From Candidatus Manganitrophaceae bacterium (GTDB lineage Bacteria > Nitrospirota > Nitrospiria > SBBL01 > Manganitrophaceae), in contig SCUR01000033.1 of assembly GCA_004297235.1 (NCBI GenBank), forward strand, positions 1-46,082: a stretch of DNA of 46,082 nt, written 5' to 3'. A model generated the notes under the pieces. That model saw nothing but the letters and a program-made list of their open reading frames with translations. It was not told the DNA's origin and searched no databases. Shown here one piece after another: positions 35,628-45,371 of the stretch (within the stretch, counting starts at the first letter, position 1; every line of letters begins with the position of its first letter). Position numbers and translations under genes: made by a program.

Positions 35628-37666
35628 GCCAGACGATCAGCATTCTAGACGGAAACGCCTTTGTCGTCAGCGATTTGCGCGGCGACATTGAAGCGACGCC
35701 CGCCGATACCACCGGGTTGTTCCTCAACGACACCCGTTTTCTATCCCGCTGGGTCCTGACGGTCGACGGCCGCCGGCCGAACGTTCTTTCGACAGACACC
35801 CTTCACTATTTCCGCGCGCAGTTTTATACCACCCTCTCCACCGGAACCATCTACGTCGACTCGGACATGTCGCTCGTGCGGCGGCGGGCGGTCGGAGACG
35901 GGTTCATGGAAGAGATGATCATCGCCAATCACGGGAAAGAGCCGAAAACGCTTCAGGTCCGGATCGAGGCCGGCTCCGACTTTGCCGATCTCTTCGAGGT
36001 CAAAGACAAGCTGGCGAAGAAGGGGGAGCTTTATCGCCGGGTCGACGCCGATAAACTGGTGCTCGGTTACCGGCGCGAACGCTTCGTCCGGGAGACCTGG
36101 ATCAAAAGCAGCGCCCCCGCCGCCCTGGAGGAAGGGGCGCTCAACTTTACCGTCGAGATCCCCCCGCAGGAGATCTGGAGGACGACGATCGAAGTGATGG
36201 CGGTGATCAATCCGGCGCGCCAGACGCGGCCGCGCGTGAAGTACACCCCTGAAGACATTGAACCGCGGCCGGAGCTCGGCGAGAGCTTGGAAGCGTGGAT
36301 GGCGTCGGCGCCGCGGCTTAACGCGTCATGGGAGCCGATCGGGCAAACCTATCGGCAGAGCCTCCTTGATCTCGCGGCCCTTCGGTTCCGATCCCCTCTG
36401 AATCCCGATCCGGTTCCGGCGGCCGGCCTCCCCTGGTTTATGTCGCTCTTCGGCCGCGACAGCCTGATCACCAGCTTCCAGGCAATCCCCTTTGCTCCTG
36501 AACTGGCGGCGTCCACGTTGCGCCTCTTGGCTCTTTTTCATGGACGGGTCGACGATCCGTTTCGGGATGAAGAGCCGGGAAAAATCTTGCATGAGCTGCG
36601 TCTCGGCGAGATGACCGCCTTCGAGGAGCGTCCCCATTCGCCCTATTTCGGCTCCGCCGACGCCACGCCGCTCTTTCTCATTTTGCTGGAGGAGTACGAA
36701 CGGTGGTCGGGAGACCGGAAACTCGCCGCCGCGCTGGAGCGGGAAGCGCGCGGGGCGATCGACTGGATCGATCATTTTGGAGATCGAGACGGCGACGGCT
36801 ATGTCGAATATGAGCGGCGCAACAAGGAGACCGGTCTTGAAAACCAATGCTGGAAAGACTCCTGGGATTCGATCGCGTTCGCCGACGGGACCCTGGCCCC
36901 TCTCCCCCGCGCCACCTGCGAGATCCAGGGGTATGTCTATGACGCCAAAATGCGAACCGCCCGTTTGGCTCGCGACGTCTGGGACGATCCCGCCTGGGCC
37001 GATGAACTTGAGAATGAGGCGAAGGCGTTGAAGGAGCGGTTCAACCGGGACTTCTGGATTCCGGAGCGGGGCTTCTTCGCCCTGGCGCTGGATGGACAAA
37101 AGAGGAAGGTCGACTCGCTCACATCGAACATCGGGCATCTCCTCTGGAGCGGCATTGCCGAAGAGGACAAGGCCGATCAGTGCGTCCGGCACCTGATGGG
37201 GGATGCGCTCTTCTCCGGCTGGGGGGTTCGGACGATGGCCCGGGGGGAGGGCTCCTTCAATCCGATCGGATACCACGTCGGCACCGTCTGGCCCCACGAC
37301 AACTCGATCATCGCCTGGGGCCTGCGACGCTACGGTTACAAGGCCGAAGCGGCGCGCCTATCGCTCGGGATCTTGGAGGCCGCCGTTTTCTTTCGGTATC
37401 GACTCCCTGAGGCGTTCGCCGGTTATCCCCGTGAGATGACGCAATTCCCGGTGGAGTACCCCACGGCGTGCAGCCCGCAGGCCTGGGCGACCGGCGCCCC
37501 CCTTCTTCTCATCCGCACCCTCCTCGGGCTCGAATCGGACGGACGGCACCTGATCGTCGATCCGGCGATTCCCGCGCCGATCGAGCGGCTGGAACTTCTC
37601 GACGTGCCGGGCCGGTGGGGGAGGATGGATGCTTTCGGCCGGGCGCGACTTGCCGCCGCCGCCTGA
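35624..37666 (+). CDS. amylo-alpha-1,6-glucosidase (GDE_N/GDE_C)
   Basis: DTRFLSRW, AGLPWFMSLFGRDS, EEPGKILHE, WKDSWD, YHVGTVWPHDN and CSPQAWA motifs; ATGA overlap. Confidence 0.93.
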   Translation: MSQTISILDGNAFVVSDLRGDIEATPADTTGLFLNDTRFLSRWVLTVDGRRPNVLSTDTLHYFRAQFYTTLSTGTIYVDSDMSLVRRRAVGDGFMEEMIIANHGKEPKTLQVRIEAGSDFADLFEVKDKLAKKGELYRRVDADKLVLGYRRERFVRETWIKSSAPAALEEGALNFTVEIPPQEIWRTTIEVMAVINPARQTRPRVKYTPEDIEPRPELGESLEAWMASAPRLNASWEPIGQTYRQSLLDLAALRFRSPLNPDPVPAAGLPWFMSLFGRDSLITSFQAIPFAPELAASTLRLLALFHGRVDDPFRDEEPGKILHELRLGEMTAFEERPHSPYFGSADATPLFLILLEEYERWSGDRKLAAALEREARGAIDWIDHFGDRDGDGYVEYERRNKETGLENQCWKDSWDSIAFADGTLAPLPRATCEIQGYVYDAKMRTARLARDVWDDPAWADELENEAKALKERFNRDFWIPERGFFALALDGQKRKVDSLTSNIGHLLWSGIAEEDKADQCVRHLMGDALFSGWGVRTMARGEGSFNPIGYHVGTVWPHDNSIIAWGLRRYGYKAEAARLSLGILEAAVFFRYRLPEAFAGYPREMTQFPVEYPTACSPQAWATGAPLLLIRTLLGLESDGRHLIVDPAIPAPIERLELLDVPGRWGRMDAFGRARLAAAA

Positions 37667-37733
37667 TCGTCCAGCCTGAGGGAAAGCAGGCATTTTTGCG
37701 TATCCCGGGCAGTGTTGTCTGAAGGAGGAGAGG

Positions 37734-38132
37734 ATGAAGCTGTTTCTCTGGGTCGGATCTGTTTTCCTGATTGGGAGCATGCTGATCGGATGCACCGCCC
37801 CCCAAAAGGGGATCATTCAGGAGGAGGGCCTTCTCTCCGCCGCTGGGTTCAGGGTTCTTCGCACGGATGATCCGCAGAAGCGTCGAAACCTCGCGATTCT
37901 TCCCGCCCACCGGCTCGTCACCGAGACCAAAGAGGGGGTGGTCTATTATGTCTACGCCGATCCGACCGTCTGCCGGTGCATCTACTTTGGCGATGAGGAG
38001 AGCTACCGGGAGTACCGGCGCCTCGCTCTCGACAGACGCGTATCCGATCAAAGGGCGATGAAGGCCAATCCGGATCAGCGGGTTGCGTTCGACTGGACGG
38101 CGTGGGGGGAGCGGGGTTGGTGGTTGGAATAA
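37734..38132 (+). CDS. lipoprotein
   Basis: LIGC lipobox; LSAAGF and YYVYADP..CRCIYFG motifs. Confidence 0.8.
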   Translation: MKLFLWVGSVFLIGSMLIGCTAPQKGIIQEEGLLSAAGFRVLRTDDPQKRRNLAILPAHRLVTETKEGVVYYVYADPTVCRCIYFGDEESYREYRRLALDRRVSDQRAMKANPDQRVAFDWTAWGERGWWLE

Positions 38133-38141
38133 GGAGGCACC

Positions 38142-38612
38142 ATGAGAAATAAAAATCCTATTCGAGAGAATGTCGGCCCCCGATTCAGAACCGAGGAGGG
38201 ACTCGGCATTGCTTCTCTGCTGGCGGTCCTCATCTTCATGCTCGAATCGTGCACTACACTCGATGCGCACTCGATTCAATACGCCGGGGCGCCCCGCTTT
38301 CCAGCGAGCAACCCGGACAGCGTGAAAATTCTGCGCGAGGAGCCGACCGGTCCCAACGAGCGTCTCGGCGAGATTGTTGTCGACGCGTCGGTCGATCCTG
38401 CGCCGTCTGTGTCGAAGGTGGAGGAGAGACTGCGTACGGAAGCAGGGAAGTTGGGAGCGGATGCAGTCGTTGTTGTGTACGACAGCATTCAGGCGCTCGG
38501 TGTTTATGCCATGACTCCTTGGTGGAATGGAGCCGTGCCCACGAAAGAAGGACGGCAGCTGATCGGTGTCGCAATCAAGTACCTGGGGCCTCAGACGGAA
38601 GAACACGGTTGA
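38142..38612 (+). CDS. putative lipoprotein (YbjQ-like fold)
   Basis: hydrophobic segment ending LESC; EAGKLGADAVVV motif. Confidence 0.75.
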   Translation: MRNKNPIRENVGPRFRTEEGLGIASLLAVLIFMLESCTTLDAHSIQYAGAPRFPASNPDSVKILREEPTGPNERLGEIVVDASVDPAPSVSKVEERLRTEAGKLGADAVVVVYDSIQALGVYAMTPWWNGAVPTKEGRQLIGVAIKYLGPQTEEHG

Positions 38613-38688
38613 TCTCTCCGGCGTCCGTCGCATCGATGATCGGCTGCGCATCCGGGAGAATGAACGATCTCTCTTTTTGGAGGAGACA

Positions 38689-39267
38689 ATGAAGAAGATA
38701 AAAACGACAAGTATTATTTTGATTGCCCTGATTGGGCTGACGGTCGGTGGGATTTCCCTGGCCGCCGACCAGGGAGCAGGTGCCGGTCCTGTCGTAATGG
38801 TTGAGAAAACCACGGTGACGGCCCAGGTCAAGGCGATCGACAAGGCGAACCGACTGGTGACGCTTCAGACCCCCGATGGTCAGACTAAAACCATTCAGGT
38901 CCCGGAAGAGGCCAGAAACTTCGACCGGATCAAGATTGGGGACAAGGTGACGATTGATTACCTTCAGACCATGGCCGTGGCAATCAGAAAGGCCGGGGAA
39001 CCGAAGCCGCCGTCCGCGAGAGCGACGGTGGAGGTGGCGCCCAAAGGGGAAAAACCGTCCGGCAAGGTTGTGAAGACCCATGAAATGACGGCCAATGTCG
39101 AAGCGGTCGATCCGGCCCAGCACACCGTGACGCTGAAGGGACCGGAGGGAAACTCACAGACCTTCGCCGTCGATCCACGGGTGCCGTTGGAGAAAATAAA
39201 TGTCGGCGACAAAGTAGATGTCCAGTACACCGAGGCGTTGGCGCTTAAAGTGACAAGCCCTTCCTAA
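38689..39267 (+). CDS. periplasmic protein with two tandem OB-like repeats
   Basis: signal peptide; repeated TAxVxAxD..VTLxxPxG..IxxGDKVxxxY. Confidence 0.82.
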   Translation: MKKIKTTSIILIALIGLTVGGISLAADQGAGAGPVVMVEKTTVTAQVKAIDKANRLVTLQTPDGQTKTIQVPEEARNFDRIKIGDKVTIDYLQTMAVAIRKAGEPKPPSARATVEVAPKGEKPSGKVVKTHEMTANVEAVDPAQHTVTLKGPEGNSQTFAVDPRVPLEKINVGDKVDVQYTEALALKVTSPS

Positions 39268-39279
39268 GCGGAAATCCAG

Positions 39280-39314
39280 TGTCGGGGAGAATCCAATGTT
39301 GGATCTCCCCGACA
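39280..39314. repeat. near-perfect inverted repeat
   Basis: TGTCGGGGAGA-A-TCCAA-TG-TTGGA-TCTCCCCGACA. Confidence 0.75.
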
Positions 39315-39363
39315 GGACGGTCTCGCATATTAACCCACAACATCGGTAGGGAGGAAAAGAACG

Positions 39364-40146
39364 ATGAGAAGCATTAAAAGAATTCTATTCGTGTCCACAG
39401 TGCTGCTCCTCATCTCGTCTGGAGCAGGCGCTTTCGCGCAAGAGAGTGACCGATGGGAGCTCACAATCGCTCCCTACGTATGGTTTCCCAACATCCAAGG
39501 CGATGTGACCATCGGACAACAGACGGCGGACCTCGATCTGGGGGCCAATTCCGGCATCGAAAAAACCGAAACTGCAGGGGTGCTGCAAATGGAAGTGAGG
39601 TTCGGACGATTCGGCCTTTTTCTCCAGCCGAACTATTTTAAGCTGGACGACAACCAAGACGTTCTGCGGACCAACGTCGATCTCACCATGAAATTTTGGA
39701 TGCTGGAGTTCGGCGGCTTCTTCCGGCTCGTAGAGTTGGGAAAAGGGAGAAAGCACCTGGGGGGGATCGATCTGCTGGTCGGGGGAAGGTACTGGGGTAT
39801 TTCGACGGAGGCGCATGTCTCTTCTCCTTTGAATATTACCGAGAGAGGGGAGAGCGCGCATGTCACCGAACCGTTCGTCGGACTTCGACTCTTGAATTAT
39901 TTTAACGACCACCTTTTCTTCAAGGCGCGCGGGGATTTCGGTGGATTCGGTGTGAGCAGCAACGACACGAAATCGAAATTTACCTGGCAAGCCATTACTT
40001 CGTTGGGATATCAGTTCAACACCATCGGTGTTGAAGCGGGATATCGGTGGCTGGCGATCGAAATGGAAAACGAGAGCTTGCCCTTTAGTAACGAGATTGA
40101 CCTCGACTTCGAGGGACCGTTCGGCGGCGTGGTATTCCGATTCTGA
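39364..40146 (+). CDS. outer-membrane beta-barrel protein
   Basis: signal peptide, APYVW, alternating beta strands, C-terminal VVFRF. Confidence 0.85.
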   Translation: MRSIKRILFVSTVLLLISSGAGAFAQESDRWELTIAPYVWFPNIQGDVTIGQQTADLDLGANSGIEKTETAGVLQMEVRFGRFGLFLQPNYFKLDDNQDVLRTNVDLTMKFWMLEFGGFFRLVELGKGRKHLGGIDLLVGGRYWGISTEAHVSSPLNITERGESAHVTEPFVGLRLLNYFNDHLFFKARGDFGGFGVSSNDTKSKFTWQAITSLGYQFNTIGVEAGYRWLAIEMENESLPFSNEIDLDFEGPFGGVVFRF

Positions 40147-40187
40147 GAACAATATTGCGATTGAAAGAAACAGATAAGGCGAATCGG

Positions 40188-41702
40188 ATGGCCTATCCGT
40201 CTCTCTATCAGATCAACACACCGGTTTTCTTGACACGGCTCTCACGAAGCCGCGGGAGGCCCGCCACGCTCGACGACATCCCCGACTCGGATTTGGACGC
40301 CCTGGCGGCGAGGGGCTTCGATTGGGTCTGGTTTCTTGGCGTCTGGCAGACAGGCCCAACGGGCCGGGAGATTTCCCGCTCCATCCCCGAATGGCGACGG
40401 GAATTTCAAGCGTTGCTTCCCGATCTCTCGGAGGAGGATATTACCGGCTCCTGTTTTTCCGTCGCCGATTATTCGGTCCATTCGAGTATCGGAGGAGATG
40501 CGGCGCTGGCCCGTCTGCGCGAAAGGCTAAAAAAAAGAGGGCTCAAGCTGCTGCTCGATTTCGTTCCGAACCATACGGCACGCGACCACCGATGGGTGCG
40601 GCAACACCTCGATTTTTATGTGTCGGGTGACGAAGCAACGCTGGCCCGGGAGCCGGGGAACTACACCCGCGTGAGCGGATCGGGGGATCGCGCCGATCGT
40701 GCCGATCGCATTATGGCCTACGGCCGCGATCCTTATTTCCCGGGATGGCCCGACACGTTCCAGCTTAATTACGGTCATCCCGCCGTGCAGGAGGCGATGA
40801 TTGCAGAGCTACTGAAGGTCGCCGCCCGTTGCGACGGGGTCCGCTGCGACATGGCGATGCTCCTGCTTCCGGAGGTGTTCGAGCGAACCTGGGGAATTAA
40901 GGCGGCGCCGTTCTGGCCGAAGGCGACGCGCGCGGTTCGGGAACGTTATCCCGAATTTCTCCTCATGGCCGAAGTTTACTGGGACCTGGAGTGGACCCTC
41001 CAGCATCAGGGGTTTGATTACTGCTACGACAAGCGGCTCTATGATCGATTGAGGGAGGGCCAGGCCCGGCCGGTGCGGGAGCACCTCCGGGCCGGTTTGG
41101 ATTTTCAAGACCGGTTGGCTCGTTTTTTGGAGAATCATGACGAGCCGCGGGCCGCGGCCGTTTTCCCCCCCGAAATGCACCGCGCCGCCGCGGTCATCAC
41201 CTTCTTTTCACCCGGTCTTCGTTTCTTCCACCAGGGAGAGCTGGAGGGGGATCAGAAGCGGATTCCGGTCCATCTGCGCCGGGGGCCGGAGGAGCCGATC
41301 GATGGAGAGATCTCCCAATTCTACAGTCGCTTGCTCGCCTGCCTGCGGGAAGAGCCGTTCCGGCAGGGAGCGTGGCGGCTCCTGGAGTCGGTCGCCGCCT
41401 GGGAGGGCAACGGAACCTTCGACCACTTTATTGCCTATGGATGGTCGGGACCAAACGGCGCGCTGAGGCTGGCGGCGGTGAACTTTGGTTCCACCCAGAG
41501 CCAATGCTACGTGCGGCTTCCTTTTCCGAAGCTGGCGGGCCGCATTTGGCGTCTGCAAGACCGGATGGGGTCGGCCGTTTATGACCGAAACGGCGACGAC
41601 CTCTTGAACAGAGGTCTCTATCTCGACATGCCGGCCTGGGGTTACCACATTTTTTCTGTCATTGAGCCCGACGCTTCTGTCGGCACGAATTCCTTCAAAT
41701 GA
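40188..41702 (+). CDS. GH13 alpha-amylase-family protein
   Basis: LDFVPNH, DGVRCDMA, MAEVYW and FLENHDE motifs. Confidence 0.92.
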   Translation: MAYPSLYQINTPVFLTRLSRSRGRPATLDDIPDSDLDALAARGFDWVWFLGVWQTGPTGREISRSIPEWRREFQALLPDLSEEDITGSCFSVADYSVHSSIGGDAALARLRERLKKRGLKLLLDFVPNHTARDHRWVRQHLDFYVSGDEATLAREPGNYTRVSGSGDRADRADRIMAYGRDPYFPGWPDTFQLNYGHPAVQEAMIAELLKVAARCDGVRCDMAMLLLPEVFERTWGIKAAPFWPKATRAVRERYPEFLLMAEVYWDLEWTLQHQGFDYCYDKRLYDRLREGQARPVREHLRAGLDFQDRLARFLENHDEPRAAAVFPPEMHRAAAVITFFSPGLRFFHQGELEGDQKRIPVHLRRGPEEPIDGEISQFYSRLLACLREEPFRQGAWRLLESVAAWEGNGTFDHFIAYGWSGPNGALRLAAVNFGSTQSQCYVRLPFPKLAGRIWRLQDRMGSAVYDRNGDDLLNRGLYLDMPAWGYHIFSVIEPDASVGTNSFK

Positions 41703-41715
41703 GAGGAGTTTTAAG

Positions 41716-44460
41716 ATGGAAAACAATCAAACCGAAGAGCAGAAAAGAGTGGAGGAAGCGTCCGCCCGGCGACAGCCGTGGAGAAAGTGGGGGCCCTACC
41801 TGAGCGAGCGGCAGTGGGGGACGGTGCGGGAAGATTACAGCGAATCAGGCGACGCCTGGAGTTATTTCTCGCACGAGCAGGCCCGCTCCCGCGCCTACCA
41901 GTGGGGAGAGGATGGGATTGCCGGAATCTCCGACGACAAACAACAGCTCTGCTTCGCCCTCGCCTTTTGGAACGGACGGGACGCGATCCTCAAAGAGCGG
42001 CTCTTCGGTTTGACCAATGCCGAGGGAAACCATGGCGAGGATGTGAAGGAGTATTACTTCTATCTCGACAACACCCCGACCCACTCCTACATGAAATATC
42101 TCTACAAGTACCCGCAGGCTCCCTTTCCTTACGCCGACCTCGTCTCCACGAATCAAGGAAGAAACCGAGGCGACTTCGAATACGAGCTGCTCGATACGGG
42201 GATTTTCAAGGAGGACCGCTACTTCGATATCTTCGTCGAGTATGCCAAGGCATCCACGGAAGAGATCCTGATCAAGATCACCGCCCACAACCGCGGTCCC
42301 GAATCGGCGTCGCTTCACCTGCTGCCGACCCTCTGGTTCAGGAATACCTGGTCGTGGGGGGAGAACGTCCTGAAGCCGAAACTTCAGCAGATCCACCCCG
42401 GCGAGGGATGGGGCGTCAGCGCGATCGAGGCGTTCCACCCCGAACTCGGCTTGCGCTATCTCTACTGCCAAAGCGCTCCCACACTACTCTTCACCGAAAA
42501 CGAAACAAACAAACAGCGGCTTTTCGGCACCGCGAACGCTTCCCGGTATGTCAAAGACGGAATCAATGACTATATCGTGAACGGGCGAGAAGACGCGGTC
42601 AATCCGGGAAAGAAGGGGACAAAGGCTTCGGCCTATTATCGGATGGAGATCGGTCCCGGCCAAGATGCGGCGGTTCAGCTGCGCTTGATGAACATCGTGC
42701 CGGCCGACGTCCGAACACACCTCTTCGGAATTCCTTTCGAAGAAATCATGGAAACCCTGCGTCGGGAGGCGGATGAATTTTATCGTGCCATTACCCCTGC
42801 ATCGGTCGGAGAAGAGGAGGCGCGCGTGATGCGCCAGGCGCTCGCCGGGATGCTCTGGTCAAAACAGTATTATCAATATGATCTGAGCCAGTGGCTTGAT
42901 CAGCATGACGCCGGGCCGAGACATGGGATGCGGCGGCCGATCCGGAACCAGGATTGGTTCCACATGATCAATGAGGATGTGATTTCCATGCCCGACAAAT
43001 GGGAATATCCTTGGTATGCGGCCTGGGATCTTGCCTTTCACACCGTGGCGCTCTCCGCCGTCGATGTCGATTTTGCCCAGGAGCAGCTCGATCTGATGTT
43101 GCGCGAATACTACCTCCATCCCAGCGGCCAGATCCCGGCCTATGAGTGGAACTTCAGCGATGTGAACCCGCCGGTCCATGCCTGGGCGAGTCTCTTCGTC
43201 TATCAAACCCAGAAGAGGTTGCGCGGGAAAGGCGATGTCGCCTTTCTGAAACGCGCCTTCAACAAGCTGCTCGCCAACTTCACCTGGTGGGTGAACCGGA
43301 AAGACCGAGAAGGGCGGAATGTCTTCGAAGGAGGCTTTCTCGGTCTCGACAACATCGGCGTCTTTGACCGGAGCGCGGCGCTCCCGACCGGCGGACATCT
43401 GGAACAGGCCGACGGCACCGCCTGGATGGCGATGTTTTGCCAGAATATGTTGGAAATGGCGGCCGAGCTCGCCGCCGAAGATCCGGTCTACGACGATCTT
43501 GCCCCCAAGTTCGTTGACCATTTCCTGCTGATTTCATCGGCGATGAATCGGATGGGGGGCGGGGCGACTGGACTTTGGGATGAAGAAGACGGTTTCTATT
43601 ATGATAGCCTTCGGCTGCCGGACGGCCGTGCCGTGCCGCTCCGGGTCCGGTCAATGGTCGGCCTCCTTCCGCTCTGCGCCACCACCGTGGTGGAGCCGTA
43701 TCAACGCGAACATCTTCCCCATCTTTTAGAGCATGCGTATCGCCGCATGAATCAGATGCGTCAGGCCTCGGCGATCCATCCGACCGGCCCGGGGCACCTC
43801 GGCGTCGGCGGCCGCGGGATTCTGGCGCTGGTGAATCCGCACCGGCTGGTCCACATTTTGTCCCGGATGCTCGACGAGGATGAATTTTTGAGTCCCTATG
43901 GCCTGCGCTCCCTCTCCCGTTACCATGCGGAGCATCCCTACACTTTTTATGTCGACGGCCGGACCTACCGGGTCGATTACCGACCGGCCGAATCGGACTC
44001 CGGGATGTTCGGCGGCAACTCCAACTGGCGCGGCCCGATCTGGTTTCCGGTGAATGCACTGATCATCCGGGCCCTGCTCCAGTTCTATCTCTATTACGGA
44101 GACGACTTCAAAGTGGAGTGCCCGACCGGCTCGGGAAATCGGATGAATCTTTTCGAAGTCGCTCGGGAACTCACGACGCGGCTCACCCGCATTTTCCTCC
44201 CCGATGCGCAGGGCCGACGGCCGGTCTATGGGGCGACGGAGAAGTTTCAGACCGACCCGAATTGGCGGAACCATCTCCAGTTCTATGAATATTTCCACGG
44301 CGACAACGGCGCCGGTCTCGGCGCCAGCCATCAAACCGGCTGGACCGGCCTCATCGCCCCATTGATTCAAATCTTCAACACGATTGATGCGGAGAGCTAC
44401 CTCGAAGCGGGAAAAAAGATCGGGGTGACCGAAGTCGCGGCGCGCCGGGCGGCCGCTTAG
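41716..44460 (+). CDS. MGH1-like/GH63 glucosidase
   Basis: WGPYLSERQWGTVREDYS, MPDKWEYPW, GGNSNWRGP and GASHQTGWT motifs. Confidence 0.93.
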   Translation: MENNQTEEQKRVEEASARRQPWRKWGPYLSERQWGTVREDYSESGDAWSYFSHEQARSRAYQWGEDGIAGISDDKQQLCFALAFWNGRDAILKERLFGLTNAEGNHGEDVKEYYFYLDNTPTHSYMKYLYKYPQAPFPYADLVSTNQGRNRGDFEYELLDTGIFKEDRYFDIFVEYAKASTEEILIKITAHNRGPESASLHLLPTLWFRNTWSWGENVLKPKLQQIHPGEGWGVSAIEAFHPELGLRYLYCQSAPTLLFTENETNKQRLFGTANASRYVKDGINDYIVNGREDAVNPGKKGTKASAYYRMEIGPGQDAAVQLRLMNIVPADVRTHLFGIPFEEIMETLRREADEFYRAITPASVGEEEARVMRQALAGMLWSKQYYQYDLSQWLDQHDAGPRHGMRRPIRNQDWFHMINEDVISMPDKWEYPWYAAWDLAFHTVALSAVDVDFAQEQLDLMLREYYLHPSGQIPAYEWNFSDVNPPVHAWASLFVYQTQKRLRGKGDVAFLKRAFNKLLANFTWWVNRKDREGRNVFEGGFLGLDNIGVFDRSAALPTGGHLEQADGTAWMAMFCQNMLEMAAELAAEDPVYDDLAPKFVDHFLLISSAMNRMGGGATGLWDEEDGFYYDSLRLPDGRAVPLRVRSMVGLLPLCATTVVEPYQREHLPHLLEHAYRRMNQMRQASAIHPTGPGHLGVGGRGILALVNPHRLVHILSRMLDEDEFLSPYGLRSLSRYHAEHPYTFYVDGRTYRVDYRPAESDSGMFGGNSNWRGPIWFPVNALIIRALLQFYLYYGDDFKVECPTGSGNRMNLFEVARELTTRLTRIFLPDAQGRRPVYGATEKFQTDPNWRNHLQFYEYFHGDNGAGLGASHQTGWTGLIAPLIQIFNTIDAESYLEAGKKIGVTEVAARRAAA

Positions 44461-44488
44461 CGGATAAAGGAATCATCGGAGAGAGAAA

Positions 44489-45304
44489 ATGAAATTCGGC
44501 GCGATGCTCGCCCTGGTGTGTTTGGTGATCGGCGTCGCGGCCCCTTCTGCAGGGGCCGCGGATGAAAGCGACAACGGACTCGACCCGACCAACCCGCTCA
44601 CCCGGCTCAGCCTGAAATATCAGTATCAGAATCTCCCCCCATCGGAGGAGGACACGTTACACAACGGGACGCTCAGAGGGGATCTGCTTTTCAAGGAAAG
44701 TGCAACGTGGGGTTGGTCGACGCGGCTCGAACTTCCCTTGATCGTCACCGATCAGGTGAGTCGCGACAACCCGGACGGCGGCGCCGAATTCGGATTCGGC
44801 GACGTTCTGACCCAAGCGATCATCATCAACAGACCAAGCGACACGTTCGCCTGGATGGCCGGGAGCCAGTTTATCTTCCCGACGGCGAGTCAGGATCAGA
44901 TGGGAGGGGGGAAGTATCGGATTGTGCCGAGCGCGGCGGCGCGGTGGAGTCTCCCCCGCCAGCGGAAAGGGAGCTGGTTCGCCCCGCTGGTCCGTTACGA
45001 TGCCGATGTGGCCGGGGCGGACGACCGCAACCGGATCCGAGAGCTCCAGTTTGCCCCGATTCTCAATCTTACGTTGGATCAAGGATGGTTCCTGAACTTC
45101 TATCCGAGCAGCGACATCAGGTACAACTTCGCCTCCGAGCGGCCGGGCGACACGGGGAAATGGTTTGTCCCGTTCGATTTCCTGGTCGGAAGAAACTGGA
45201 GCAAATCGACCTTCGGGACCCTGGAGGTCGCTTTTCCGCTCGTGCAGCAATATCAGGTTTATGATTTGAAAATCGAAGCTAACATCTACTTTCTCTTCTT
45301 CTAG
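44489..45304 (+). CDS. outer-membrane beta-barrel (putative channel)
   Basis: signal peptide, DPTNPL, GFGD, FPTAS..MGGGKY, aromatic C-terminus YFLFF. Confidence 0.75.
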   Translation: MKFGAMLALVCLVIGVAAPSAGAADESDNGLDPTNPLTRLSLKYQYQNLPPSEEDTLHNGTLRGDLLFKESATWGWSTRLELPLIVTDQVSRDNPDGGAEFGFGDVLTQAIIINRPSDTFAWMAGSQFIFPTASQDQMGGGKYRIVPSAAARWSLPRQRKGSWFAPLVRYDADVAGADDRNRIRELQFAPILNLTLDQGWFLNFYPSSDIRYNFASERPGDTGKWFVPFDFLVGRNWSKSTFGTLEVAFPLVQQYQVYDLKIEANIYFLFF

Positions 45305-45371
45305 GGCGGAATGATCTCCCGGGTCATGCCGAGCATCCAAGAAACGCCGACCGGGTGAAAGTGAGGACAAA

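Noticed and set aside
40686-40709. 9-bp tandem repeat encoding DRADRADR in GH13
   Set aside because: Short in-frame loop duplication with no sign of wider significance
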